DNA from: Okamejei kenojei
Taxonomy: Eukaryota
DNA: 64,000 nt
NCBI GenBank assembly: GCA_035221665.1
Contig: CM069165.1
Span: 17,050,001 to 17,114,000 of the forward strand
Reading direction: 5' to 3'
The position numbers were made by a program, and so were the translations under genes. Of the stretch, positions 24,298 through 35,910 are shown piece by piece. Each line of letters opens with the position of its first letter. Within the stretch, counting starts at the first letter, position 1. The notes beneath the pieces were generated by a model. It saw nothing but the letters and a program-made list of their open reading frames with translations, did no database searches and was not told the origin of the DNA.

Positions 24298-25029
24298 TAA
24301 CTCTCCTGATTCAGTATTGGAAGCAGATTGGCATGGAGACAACCCTGCATGCAGCATAAATGTGTCAGAGAGGCACTGGATAGAAATAGACTTAAACCAA
24401 CCGTCCTTTAATCCTATCCTTATGCTAAAACTTCACATGCTGTGGTTCTGTGACCATGTTCACACCATTCTGTGTTCTTTGTTACAGATCCTTCACCTTG
24501 TTTCAAGTCTAGTTTAAAACCAGTTACTTTTATGTTTGTTTGCATTTCAGCGATGATTTAGATGCTTGTGTATTAAACGGCCAGTAATCTGATATCACCA
24601 CAGTGAGCAAATCTCTGCTTAGTCATTGTGTACTAATTAAACACAGTACCTGGCAAATCCAGCTTGGATATAACTAAAAATAACATTGTTCGTGGCAGTC
24701 GCACTGCAGCTCACAGTGGAACTTGGTCCTGTATCTTGTTTATTGGGTTGCCAAGTAATTGTTTTTAAGATAATCTTGCTTCAATGGAGAATTTGTTTTT
24801 GGAAGAGATGATGGCGCAGTTCACTTTCAATCAATTTAGCAGCATTAGTACACAGTATCTCATTGTACATCAGTGCCAGTTAATATGTAATGCTTTGTGT
24901 TATATCAGTGCCAGTAGCATTTAAAAGGCCATGGTTAATCAGTGCCAGTGCTTTCTATCTTCAATCCTTGTGGCTGTTTATTTAAAATGCTATCCAACTG
25001 CTTGGAAGAAGTGTAAACGAATTGTTGGG

Positions 25030-25215
25030 TACACAAAATGCTGGAGAAACTCAGCGGGCGCAGCAGCATCTATGGAGCGAAGGAGATGGAAGAAGGGTTT
25101 CGGCCCGAAACGTTGCCTATCTCCTTTGCTCCATTGATGCTGCTGCACCCGCTGAGTTTCTCCAGCATTATGTGTACCCTCGATTTTCCAGCATCTGCAG
25201 TTCCTTCTTTAAAAC
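25030..25215. mobile_element. Penelope-derived fold-back element
   Basis: tacacaaaatgctggagaaactcagcgggcgcagcagcatc ... gatgctgctgcacccgctgagtttctccagcattatgtgta. Confidence 0.8.
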
Positions 25216-25247
25216 TAAATGAATTGCTGTTTCCCCTTGAAGCATTG

Positions 25248-25535
25248 GGCAGCAGCATGGTGGTGAAGTGATAGAGTTGCTACCAGAGACCCGGATCCGA
25301 TCCCAACTACGGGTGCTGTCTGTATGGAGTTTGTACGTTCCTCCCGTGACCGCAGGGGTTTTCTCCGAGATCTTCGGTTTCCGCTCACACTTCAAAGATG
25401 TACAGGCTTGTAAGTTAATCGGGTTGGTCTAAATGTAATTGGTCCCAAGTGTGTGTCGGATAGCGTTAATGTGCGGAGATCGTTGGTCGACGCGGACTCA
25501 TTGGGCCGGAGGGCCTGTTTCCACGCTGTATCTAA
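25248..25535 (+). mobile_element. tRNA-derived SINE (HE1-like)
   Basis: Same body as 22407 (gagtttgtacgttcctcccgtgacc...gggcctgtttccacgctgtatct). Confidence 0.85.
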
Positions 25536-25743
25536 CAAACCAATTTCTGTAAGTCTCTGAATGGTGGGAAGGTAAGAGGCTTAAAGAGCAAGTGTTGTAT
25601 CTGACATGGTTGCACAGGAAAATGCTGTGAGAAGGGGTGGCTTGTGGACATTCCTTTGAATGCTCGAAGGGCTGGAAATAAGATGTGGAGACAGACTGTA
25701 GATGCTGGAATCCAAAGTGAAAAACAAACTACTGGAGGAATTC

Positions 25744-25940
25744 TCAAGAAGGAACTGCAGATGCTGGAAAATCGAAGGTAGACAAAATTGTTGGAGATAC
25801 TCAGTGGGTGCGGCAGCATCTATGGAGCGAAGGAAATAGGCAGCGTTTCTGGCCGAAGAAGGGTTTCGGCCCTAAACGTTGCCTATTTCCTTCGCTCTAT
25901 AGATGCTGCCGCACCCACTGAGTATCTCCAGTATTTTTGT
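25744..25940. mobile_element. Penelope fold-back element nested in an older Penelope fold-back (~25690-26090)
   Basis: 15-bp TSD ctactggaggaattc (25729-25743) / ctactgggggaattc (25941-25955). Confidence 0.8.
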
Positions 25941-27015
25941 CTACTGGGGGAATTCAGTGGGCCGAGCAGCATCTGCAGAGAAAAAGGAAAGTCGTCACTT
26001 TGGGTCAAGACCCTTCACCTGGGCCAGTCAAATGCCCATTTCCCTCCACAGATGTTGCCTGGCCCACTGAATTCCTCCAGCAACTCTTTTCCTGCAGGAG
26101 ATATGTTGAAATTTCATTGAAGGGGAGGGCAAGGGAAGCTCTATTCCAACTGCAAGAGAATAAGAGAGAGCAGGAAGTGAATACACGGATTAACCTTGTC
26201 AAACCCCTGGAGAAACAGGATGAAAAGAGGTGTACTCGAGTTACCTGTGGGAGTCGTCAGCATTTTAATGGGTATTAATTCCCAATTTTACCAAAGTGTG
26301 TCGGGATGTATCAAATAGAAGAGTAGCCCATGGTGCATTTGAAAATGGAAATACATTGGAAATGGATTGCAAAATTATGAAACCTTCAGAGGAATGAGAA
26401 TTTCTTCTCGCCTTTAAACAATTTCTCCCTTGATTCCTCCCACTTCAGATAAATTAAAGCTGTAGCGGTGAGCACTCACATGGGTCCTAGCCTCTTAGCT
26501 GCCTCTGGTGATTGTTGACCACAGCGTCTAGTAGCTGAACAGCTGCCACAGCAGAGTGCTGTCACAGTGACTGATTCTTTCAGTCTTTGGCCTTCATGCC
26601 CAGTGTACGCTGAAGGAACAGCATCCCATTCTCAAGTTGGGCATGTTCCAACTGAGGGGTGAATGTTGATATTAATTTCAGATTTACATATTCTCACCTC
26701 TGTATATACATGTACATGTCTGCATATTTCAGTTCACATCCATTCTAACCCTTCCCTCTTAATCCTTTAAAAATGCATGTTTACTCACATCTCCAATTCT
26801 GATGGAGTCCAAGACCCAAAAAACGGATCTTATCTCTCCATAGGTGCTGTTTGACCTGCTGAGTGCTCACAGGACTTTGCCTTTGTCTCTGATTTCCAGC
26901 ATCTACTTTTCTTTTTGTTCCAGTGTATAAGTTGCTGGTTTGGTCCTATTGCCTGTGTGCATACTGAAAGGGCTGGTGGCTCCTTTTTAAGTCTTGCATT
27001 TGATTTGTCTTTCAG

Positions 27016-27127
27016 TATTATCAGCTTGGCCACCAAGTGTGCCATGCCCAGTTTCCGAATGCACCTGAGAGCTCATGGAATGGTAGCCATGGTCTTCAAG
27101 ACACTAGACGATGCACAAAAGAACCAG
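27016..27127 (+). CDS. WAPL: WAPL coding exon, phase 2-0
   Basis: tttcag|T ATT...CAG|gtagag; (S)[37 protein letters not shown]. Confidence 0.97.
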
Positions 27128-27821
27128 GTAGAGTCTCATTGTTCAATGTTCAGATGAAGTGTTAATGACAATTATTCTGGTGTATCATTCCAAGTTCCAA
27201 AATACTTCCAATACTTGCACTGAATCACATGTGGTTAAACAGATTGGGTTCCGGGGGGATGTAAGAATAGAAAGCATGAGAGGTATTAAGGTGTGAATGC
27301 TGGAGCTTGTAGCCTTGGCAACACATGTTGGAGTGATCAAAATCAGGGGCGTGCTCAGAAAGCAGAACTGGAAAGTCCAGAGTAGGTTAAAGGGGATTCT
27401 CCCTGTGTCCACATGGGTTTCCTCCGGGTGATCCGGTTTCCTCCCAAATCCCAAAGATGTGCGGGTTTGTAGGTTAATTGGCCTCTGCAGATTTCCCTTC
27501 GTACAGGGATTGGATATGAAAATGGGATAACATAGAACTTGTGTAAACGGGTGATTGATGGTCGATCGGATGGACTTAGAGGGCTGAAGGATCTGTTTCC
27601 ATGCTATATCTCTAAACTAAAACTAAACATACAAACTAATACATAAGGTAGTGTTTGCAACCATCTTGGTGACATTTAGTAGTGCCTATATTTTTGTTGC
27701 CTGTAGGACGTCCGTGCTCCCCTACCCCTAACGAGAATTTGGTGTCCATGCTCATTGTCCTACTTTAGTCCTTGTGTGCCCATTTGTTGAATCTGTCGTC
27801 TTTTTTGTTCTGGGTTGTCAG

Positions 27822-28046
27822 AATCTAGCTCTTTGCACGGCAGCACTAATGTACATCCTGAGCCGAGATCGGCTGAACATGGATCTGGATCGAGCCAGTC
27901 TGGACCTGATGATTCGCCTCCTGGAGTTGGACCAGGAGCCATGCTCGCGTCAACTGAACGAGAAAGAAATGAAAAAGATAAAGGAGAAAATCCGCAAACT
28001 CTGCGAGACTGTTCACAACCGGCACCTGGACCTGGAGAATATCACG
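27822..28046 (+). CDS. WAPL: WAPL coding exon, phase 0-0
   Basis: tgtcag|AAT...ACG|gtaaga; [36 protein letters not shown]...[16 protein letters not shown]. Confidence 0.97.
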
Positions 28047-29763
28047 GTAAGATGAAGCAGCCTCCTATCTGTCTGCTTTAATTGCTGTCTAAAGGAGGTG
28101 TGGTGCAGTCAGTGGCTTATTGATACTTAATAACGGGTAGACATGATATGTCATCACATTGCTGAAGATGGCTCTGGTGATTGCTCATATTCTGATTCAA
28201 TAGCATACAAGAAATATAGTGATTGTCCTGACTTTTTTTAACGAAGTTTTCCAACTTTCTTGTTACAATTGGAGCTCTACTGTTGATGTCCAGTTTATGT
28301 AACTGGGAATAGAATGTCCCTTCCTGACATTTTACAAACCACTCTATCTTCTTGGTTAATATTGGACTCCAGTTGAGATTATGAGTAGCATTGTAGCAAA
28401 TGCAGCCTCATGCAGCATTATGGCTTGTGTGTCATAAAATTTGCCCTAGACTTGCCCTAGACAATGGTGGCGAAGCAGTTAAATTACTGGAGTAGTAATC
28501 TGAAGAATAATCTCACCAGGGCAGCTGTGGAATTTTAAATCATTTAGCAAGCTGGAATTGTGTGAAGAGACAGTCATTAACGAAGATGACATTTATAATA
28601 TTGTTTCAGGTATGAAAACTTACATCCTTGACATGTCTGACCTTATCGTGACTTGAGACCCACTGACGTGGTTCACTGTTAAATACCCTCTGAAATGCAC
28701 GCCACTCAGATCAGAAGCAATTAGGGACGGGCAATAACTGTCGTTAGCGAGGACCAAATCACACGGAATAACTGAATTGGAAACTAAATTACATTTACAG
28801 ACTAATTACAGGAAAACTTGTTGAAGGCATCAGGTAATCAAAATGAACCTGCTGCACTTCAGGCCAAGGCTGGCAGCTCAAGTTGCTAGTTTGTTTTAAA
28901 AATAGCTCGGTTGAAGAGCTCAGTTAAAACATCTTCAATCATTTCACAGGCTCTGTGAACTCAGTTTTCCCTCGTAATGTTCACATGTCAAGGTGTAAAA
29001 ATGTTGCTCGGGTCACATTGTGATGGGAGGTTGGAGGTGGAAGAAGAGGAGCTGGCAATGGAGAGGAGTGAAAATGGAGGAGGAGGAAAGGAGGCAGAAA
29101 GTAAGGAGAGTGGGGTCGAGAAGGGGAGTTAGGGAGTTGGTGGAAGGAGGCTGTCCCAATTTTACAGTGAGAGAGTGTGCAGTGGAAGAAGTAGTTTGGG
29201 TGGAGGAAAAGGGACCTTCAGGGAGGAGATGCTGGGGTGGAGGAGGGAGCGGATGTTGGGAGATGGGATGAAACTGGAGCTGTAGATGGAAGGGGCTATG
29301 ACAATGCAAGGCCGCCAAGGGATATAGTAGGACAGGGTCACAGAGACTGACAGCTCTGCTGTTGCTCACTCCATGTTGTGAGAGCATGCTGCTGCTCGGA
29401 ATGTGCAGCCTTTGTGATTCCATTCTCGAGTTCAAAAAAATTGCTCCAGTTTTTCACTAATAAACGTAAACCTAAGCTCTGTTCTACCCCTCCTTGTCCA
29501 TCTACGATGTTCTTTTGAACACGAGAGGTCATTTGAATTGGGCAGGTGAAATTATTGACACAACCATTTACCTGATTGGAGTTATTTGTTTTGCCATCAT
29601 TAAGCAGGCTGTTTAAGTAAATATGCTGAGCTTTTACATCCAAAAGCTCTAAACCTAATGACCAAATACAAACATTACGAGGTTTGTGTTCTTCGTGCGC
29701 TTTCCAGTTGCTGGCTTTATAAAGTCTGACCCACTGGCTTTTTCAACATGTTTAGGGGTTAAC

Positions 29764-29903
29764 TTCTTCTTCTTGCATATGGCGTGCACAGCCTAAAGTT
29801 GTCGGACAACTTGTTCCATTTGATCTTATTTGATTGTGCACACTGGGTTGATTGCATTCGTCGAAGCAGGGCGGACCACGTGAAGGTTGCAATCTTCCAC
29901 CCC
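29764..29903 (-). mobile_element. ~140-nt non-autonomous retroposon with a 5' HDV-like ribozyme and (GAA)n tail, copy 1
   Basis: TSD tttaggggttaac (29751-29763) / tttaggggtcaac (29904-29916); colinear with the copy at 34754. Confidence 0.9.
29850..29903 (-). ncRNA. Minimal HDV/CPEB3-like self-cleaving ribozyme (54 nt), copy 1
   Basis: GGGGUGG-AA-GAUUGCA-ACC-UUCACGU-GGU-CCGCCCU-GC-UUCG-A-CGAA-UGCAAUC: 7-bp P1 with G1-U wobble, 7-bp P2, 3-bp P3, CPEB3-type L3, and J4/2 CGAA carrying the catalytic C. Confidence 0.85.
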
Positions 29904-29934
29904 TTTAGGGGTCAACAATGCAAACAAACACCAT

Positions 29935-30452
29935 TATGTTAGGGATTTGACGAGGACTGGGAGAGGTCGTGCAACATCATTCTAGATTTACTAGAATGTT
30001 ACCAGGGTTCCAGCAACTATGTTACAGAGAAAGGTTGAACAAGTTAGGTCTTTATTTCTTTGGAGCGTTGAGGGGGGACTTGATTGAGGTCTTTAAAATG
30101 ATTAGACAGAGTTGACGTGGATACGCTTTTCCCATTGAGGGTAGGGAAGATTCAAACAAGAGGGCATGACATGCGATTTAAGGGACGGAAGTTTAGAGGT
30201 AACGTGAGGGGGAACTTCTTTACTCAGAGGGTGGTTGCTTGTGTGGAATGAGCTTCCAGCAGAAGTGGTGGAGGCAGGATCGATTTTAACATTTAAAAGT
30301 AAAGTGGATAGGTATATGGACGTGAAGGGAATGGAGGGGTATGGTCTGAGTGCAGGTAGATGGGACTAGGGGAAAACAAATGGTCGGCACGGACTGGAAG
30401 GGCCGAGAGGGCCTGTTTCCCTGCTGTAATTGTTATATGGTTATATGGTTAT
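29935..30452 (+). mobile_element. CR1 LINE 3' fragment
   Basis: gagggggacttgattgaggtc (RGDLIEV), ttctttactcagagggtggt, (gttatatg)n tail. Confidence 0.9.
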
Positions 30453-30772
30453 CATGACTTTCTTAATCACTTGCAACTCAGAACGACAGGTGAGAAGAGA
30501 CTTAAATGAGGATTGGTTTCAAATGCTAATTGTGCATATTCACAAGTGTCATACTGCCAAAGGTCAGGTGCCAAAGGAAACATTAAACTGGAAGATGAGA
30601 GTGAAAGACTAATGCTGTCTGCCGCAGAAGAGGTGCATGCTTGTAGATGCCTGATGGTTGATGCTAGCCCCACAAAATGTGGTATTATTTTGTGGGACCT
30701 GGTCCATTAAACAATTTGAGGGAGTATGCTGTGCCTTTCTTGGGTTTAAACCTGAATCTTTTTTTTGGACAG

Positions 30773-30884
30773 ACGGGACATTTGGCAATGGAGACGCTGC
30801 TTTCCCTCACATCCAAGCGAGCAGGCGACTGGTTTAAAGAGGAATTGAGACTCTTGGGAGGATTGGATCACATTGTGGATAAAG
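30773..30884 (+). CDS. WAPL: WAPL coding exon, phase 0-1
   Basis: ggacag|ACG...AAA G|gtacat; [37 protein letters not shown]. Confidence 0.97.
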
Positions 30885-31990
30885 GTACATGTCCACACAG
30901 AATTAGAGTGGGTACTTTTACATTTTCACAGAATCTCTCCAAATGCAAGCATGATTCTTCCATCTCTTGGTAGCTGCCAATGGCCGCAGTCACACTCCTA
31001 TTAATGTCCAGGTTTTGAAGCTAGTTCCTTGCATCTATTGTAATTGACTACCCTGAAAGGTAAGAATGGGAAGTGTTTGACAATGTGTTCCAATGTTTGA
31101 CAACTTAAGTAGCAACGAGGATTTTTGAAGTTACATCAATTTAAAATGTGGACAGGTCCTAGTTTTCCATTTTGGGTATCATCATGGTTATAAAACAAGA
31201 GCAAAAAACTGTATGTTAGAAATCTGAAATATGTTCATGTCATAGGAGCAGAATTAGGCCATTCAGCCTATCAAGTTTACGCCATTTAATCATGGCTGAT
31301 TTATCTTTCCTTCTTAACCCCATTCTCCTGCGTTCTCCTCATAATCCCTGACACCTGTACTAATCATGTATTTTTTTCTCTCTGCTTAAAAATATCCATT
31401 AACGGCCTCCTCAGCCCTTTGTGGCAATGAATTCCCACGAATATAAGCAGAAAATGCTGGAATAATTCACAGGTTGACAGCATCTGTAGAGAAAGACAGT
31501 TCGCAAAGATCATCGACCACAAACAGGACCTCTTTCCGCTTTTGGGGTGGATGTTTTATTTGGGTCCTGTTTCTGTCTGGAGGCTCCAAACATATTTGCT
31601 CCATTGAGACATCCACAATTGTTTGGTATTAAATATGGTATCTCATTGGATTCTTTCCCCCATCTTTGAATATAAACCAGCATCTGCAGTTCCTTCCTAC
31701 ACATTTTATATTTTTGATATTTGTTTTATTTTCCTCAAAATAATCTGCTGAGTGTGCTGCAAAGAATTGAAGATTTTTCTAATATGAATGTATCTATATA
31801 CACCAGTTCGATGGATTTCTAAATAGCAAGGGATCAGAGCTTGTGTTTTCCATCCTCTTGGAGATTTCTGACTAATTTTCATTCAGGTCATTTTTCTAAA
31901 GTTGATAGCATTCAGTTTTCTAATCTGTTTCAGTCAGTCTGAGAAGAAAAGTCAATCCTCATCATCTTAAATATTGTTCTACATTCGCAG

Positions 31991-32088
31991 TGAAAGAATG
32001 TGCGGTACAGTTGAATAAAAATGAGGAGCAGGACAAACTGGTTGCGACGTTATGGGGTGCGGAGCGCTGTTTACGTGTGCTGGAGAGT
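31991..32088 (+). CDS. WAPL: WAPL coding exon, phase 1-0
   Basis: tcgcag|TG AAA...AGT|gtaagt; (V)[32 protein letters not shown]. Confidence 0.96.
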
Positions 32089-33377
32089 GTAAGTATCACA
32101 GTGATGCACGGCATCCATTTTAAATTTGCATCTGGAGCATAAGTCACAACAATGCTTGGCAGAATAGATGATTGTTTCTTTCTGATATCGAAACAGCATG
32201 ACTGGATATCATTCTTTCATTGGCACACAAGGGGCTCCATTTATCCAGCTTTCAGATGTCAGATGAGTTCACAGAATCAATGGTTTATATCACAGGAGAT
32301 AATTTGACCTATTCATGTCACTCCTAGGCAGCAGTATTCTATCTACTCATTCCACACCTCCCTGTAAACAACTTTAAATCTTTACGCTCTTCCCATTTTC
32401 CGTCATCTATCTGCATTGCCAAAAGTGCCCATGATTAAATTTCCTATTTCCATGCCAACTGCTATCCATTTTCTACTACTGTCTCTGCTGAACTTTTGTA
32501 ATAATGGGCCTAGTAATTAACCTGACATCTGCATTACTCTTTTTTTTCCTCCTTGGATTCCTCCTTTTATCAAAAATGACAGCAGGCTCTTGATCAGCTT
32601 TGCCAATGGGCTGAGCAATGGCTGATGGAGTTTAATGCAGATGCGCAAGGTGTTGCATTTTGGGAAGACAACTCGGGGCTGGACCTTGGAGAATGGTTCC
32701 GCATTATCACAGTTCTTTTATCACACCTGTAATTTCCCTGCAAATACATCCTTCTATATCCATCCCATTCATTGAATTTAGTGTTTGCTGTTTTATTTTA
32801 GCTGTCTTTGTTATTGTTGCATCATAATTCACATAGTTAATTGTGCCAACTGCTCCAACTTTGCTGGACATTACATTTTTCAGGCTCTTGAGTCCATATG
32901 CACCCTCCATTAGCTTACCTTGCACCCTTTTCCATTTTTTTTTGCTAGTCTAAAACTACTCTACAACTACCCATGTTGGGTCAAATGGGCCAGTTTCCAT
33001 GCTGTATGGTTTTTATTCTCTTTTGCTTTTTTTTTTCCTTTTTCAATGTTACACCCGTTTACATTTCCCTTTTCACTCTCCCTCCAACAATATGATTAGG
33101 TCCCGCCAGAACAGTGGTTGCAATTCTGTTGAGGGTAAACTAATCTGATCTGTGCAGGCTCCAGCTTCCTCTGAACTGGAGCAACGATCTGAGGAAACTA
33201 AAGCCTTTGCTTCTGTCTAGCTGCTTATTCAACCTTCTGTCCTATTTCTGTACTTGCCAGTACATATAATGAAGGAATGCTGGTTCTAAACTTGATTGAG
33301 TGTCTCCTTTGGCAACATTGCTACAAACTCTGCCCCTCCCATTGCAACCATGTGCGCTGCACTCTTTCACTCTAGAG

Positions 33378-33624
33378 CAAGGGTTCCCAACCTGGGAACC
33401 AGCACACGTAAATTTACCACCGGGGGTAAATTTCACCAATCCAGGGTGTAAATTTGTTGATTCTGGATTTTTACATATTTTTTTCTCATTGATTGACTGA
33501 CTGTTTGGTTCTGGTATACAGTTATCTGTTCATCATTAGTTGTTCATAAATAAATGAAATAACATTGTTATGTGCTATTAAAGTTGCCAGGGGTCACTGG
33601 GCAGAAAAATTTTGGGAAACTCTG
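33378..33624 (+). mobile_element. hAT (Charlie-like) MITE
   Basis: Ends caagggttcccaacc / tttgggaaactctg; 8-bp TSD ctctagag / ctccagag. Confidence 0.85.
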
Positions 33625-34197
33625 CTCCAGAGTGCATTTTCCCTCACATAAGCGCATTTTTCCAAATCCAGGGTTCACTTATGAGGGCAATATCCACAAC
33701 CGTAAAATTGTGCTGAACCTTTCCAGGTTACAAATGGTCCTCAAGAACTCAGCCATTATCCTGGACTGGGTCTGTCACCAAAAGGCTTAGCACTACTTCA
33801 CCGCACGATTAGTAACTCAATCCATTGATGGGATAATGGAGGAAATATTTTGCTTGGGTCTCTGCAAATAGTTCAATTCGTAACACCAGTAAATCTACTA
33901 TCCCACTCTGGGGTTCCAGGTTAAAAGATGATTGATGGCTTTCCCCCTGTTGACAAGCGCACAAATAATGATGGGAAATGTAGAAACAAGGATGGGGAAT
34001 GGTCCAGTTAAGGTAAAATTCACAAATACTACGATACTAAGATACATTTGTAAGTACTGGAGCTGCTGTACTATGTTGCATTTTGTTGTTGAGATTTGGA
34101 AGTTGAATACTGAGATGGAACTTTGACTTCCCTTCAAAGGTTTAAATGTACCACAGGTAAATCTACTTACTGTCTTAATTTATTTTATTTTAATCAG

Positions 34198-34274
34198 GTC
34201 ACTGTTCACAATCCAGAAAACCAAGGTTACCTTATAGCGTACAAAGACTCCCAGCTCATCATGTCTTCTGCCAG
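34198..34274 (+). CDS. WAPL: WAPL coding exon, phase 0-2
   Basis: taatcag|GTC...GCC AG|gtaggt; [25 protein letters not shown]. Confidence 0.96.
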
Positions 34275-34753
34275 GTAGGTGTGTGGTGGAAGAAACCCAT
34301 TGTGTTGGTGTGGGAAGTGAAGTTTACCCGGATGCTTTCAGTTTGTTGTCATGTGTGTTTGTGTTTGACTCTGTGCCCTTTAAGGTGAGTGAAAGATATT
34401 GTCTGCACCTAGATCCCCCGTTCACCACATAATTCATTAAAGTGTACTTGTTTTCCGTCAGCACTGGAGATATAATTAACAATTATCAAAGGAGTTTGAA
34501 TATCTTCACCTGCAAAACTGGAGAAATGCCTCCCAAATGTAAAATTTGATGTTTTTGTAATCTACTTCTGAGAAATCTGTGCAGCACAATTTTATGAGGA
34601 GGATGGGGAGAGTTTTACTTTTGATCTCTTAAAAAACATTTCCTACCCAGTTTTTATACAGTTAACAATAGTCAACAGTAGACACCAACTTTAGTTCATG
34701 TAAACCAAAGAGATCCGACGTTTGTTAACATGTGCCTCATCACCCGGTACTAC

Positions 34754-34893
34754 TTCTTCTTCTTGCGTATGCCGTGCACAGCCTAAAGTTGTAGGACAAC
34801 TTGTTCTATTTGATCTTATTTGATTGTGCACACCGGGTTGATTGCATTTGTTGAAACAGGGCAGACCACGTTAAGGTTGCAATCTCCCACCCC
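34754..34893 (-). mobile_element. ~140-nt ribozyme-headed retroposon, copy 2
   Basis: Perfect TSD acccggtactac (34742-34753 / 34894-34905); same 5' start and (GAA)n tail as copy 1. Confidence 0.9.
34840..34893 (-). ncRNA. Minimal HDV/CPEB3-like ribozyme, copy 2 (partly decayed)
   Basis: GGGGUGG-GA-GAUUGCA-ACC-UUAACGU-GGU-CUGCCCU-GU-UUCA-A-CAAA-UGCAAUC; all helices retained, L3 C>A change and CpG-type changes. Confidence 0.75.
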
Positions 34894-35274
34894 ACCCGGT
34901 ACTACAGATGTCTGAATTACAATACTTTTTTGCATAAATCTGTGTTTTTAACATTTCCTGTGTTAATGACTTCGAAATATGAAACACATTCACAAACCTA
35001 CAGTTGCCTGGATCTCTCTGCTTTGATGGCCTGAGAGTCTGGGGTCAATGATTTGCCAGCTGTCAGTTGATTTCTGAATGCAGCAAACAGTCTGTGCTGA
35101 GACGAACCCCCTTGCTGCAGTCGGCCATATCAAAGTGTTAGATTTCTCTCCATTTTGGGGAAAAATAATGATTGTTTGTTTTTTGTTTTTCAAAATGGAG
35201 GGACCCTATGAAGCTTGTCAGACACAATTTGTATTAACAAATGATGCTCATTTTAATTTGTTAGTCCATATTAC

Positions 35275-35910
35275 TAATGGAACGTTGGCCTTCATAACAA
35301 GAGGATTTCAGTATAGGAGTAGAGAAGTTCTTCTGCAGTTGTACTGGGCTCTGGTAAGACCACATCTGGAGTATTGTGTACAGTTTTGGTCTCCTAATTT
35401 GAGGAAGGACATCCTTATGATTGAGGCAGTGCAGCGTAGGTTCACGAGATTGATTCCTGGAATGGCAGGACTGTCATATGAGGAAAGCTTGTATTCACTG
35501 GAGATTAGAAGGATGAGGGGGATCTTGTAGAAACATATACAATTATAAAAGGACTGGACAGGCTAGATGCAGGAAAAATGTTCCCAATGTTGGGCGACTC
35601 CAGAACCAGGGGCCACAGCCTTAGAATAAAGGGGAGGCCATTTCGGACTGAGGTGAGAAAAAAACATTTTCACCCAGTGTTGTGAATTTGTGGAATTCCC
35701 TGCCACAGAGGGCAGTGGAGGCCAAATCACTGGATGGATTTAAGAGAGAGTTAGATAGAGCTCTAGGGGCTAGTGGAATCAAGGGATATGGGGAGAAGGC
35801 AGGCACGGGTTATTGATTGGGGACAATCAGCCATGATCACAATGAAGGCGGTGCTGGCTCGAAGGGCCGAATGGCCTCCTCCTGCACCAATTTTCTATGT
35901 TTCTATATTT
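35275..35910 (+). mobile_element. CR1 LINE 3' fragment
   Basis: ORF LAFITRGFQYRSREVLLQLYWALVRPHLEYCVQFWSP; tttctatg tail. Confidence 0.92.

Noticed and set aside
29013-29435. Purine-rich stretch with 140-aa and 83-aa ORFs
   Set aside because: Low-complexity sequence, probably a decayed repeat, with no splice signals or homology recognised.
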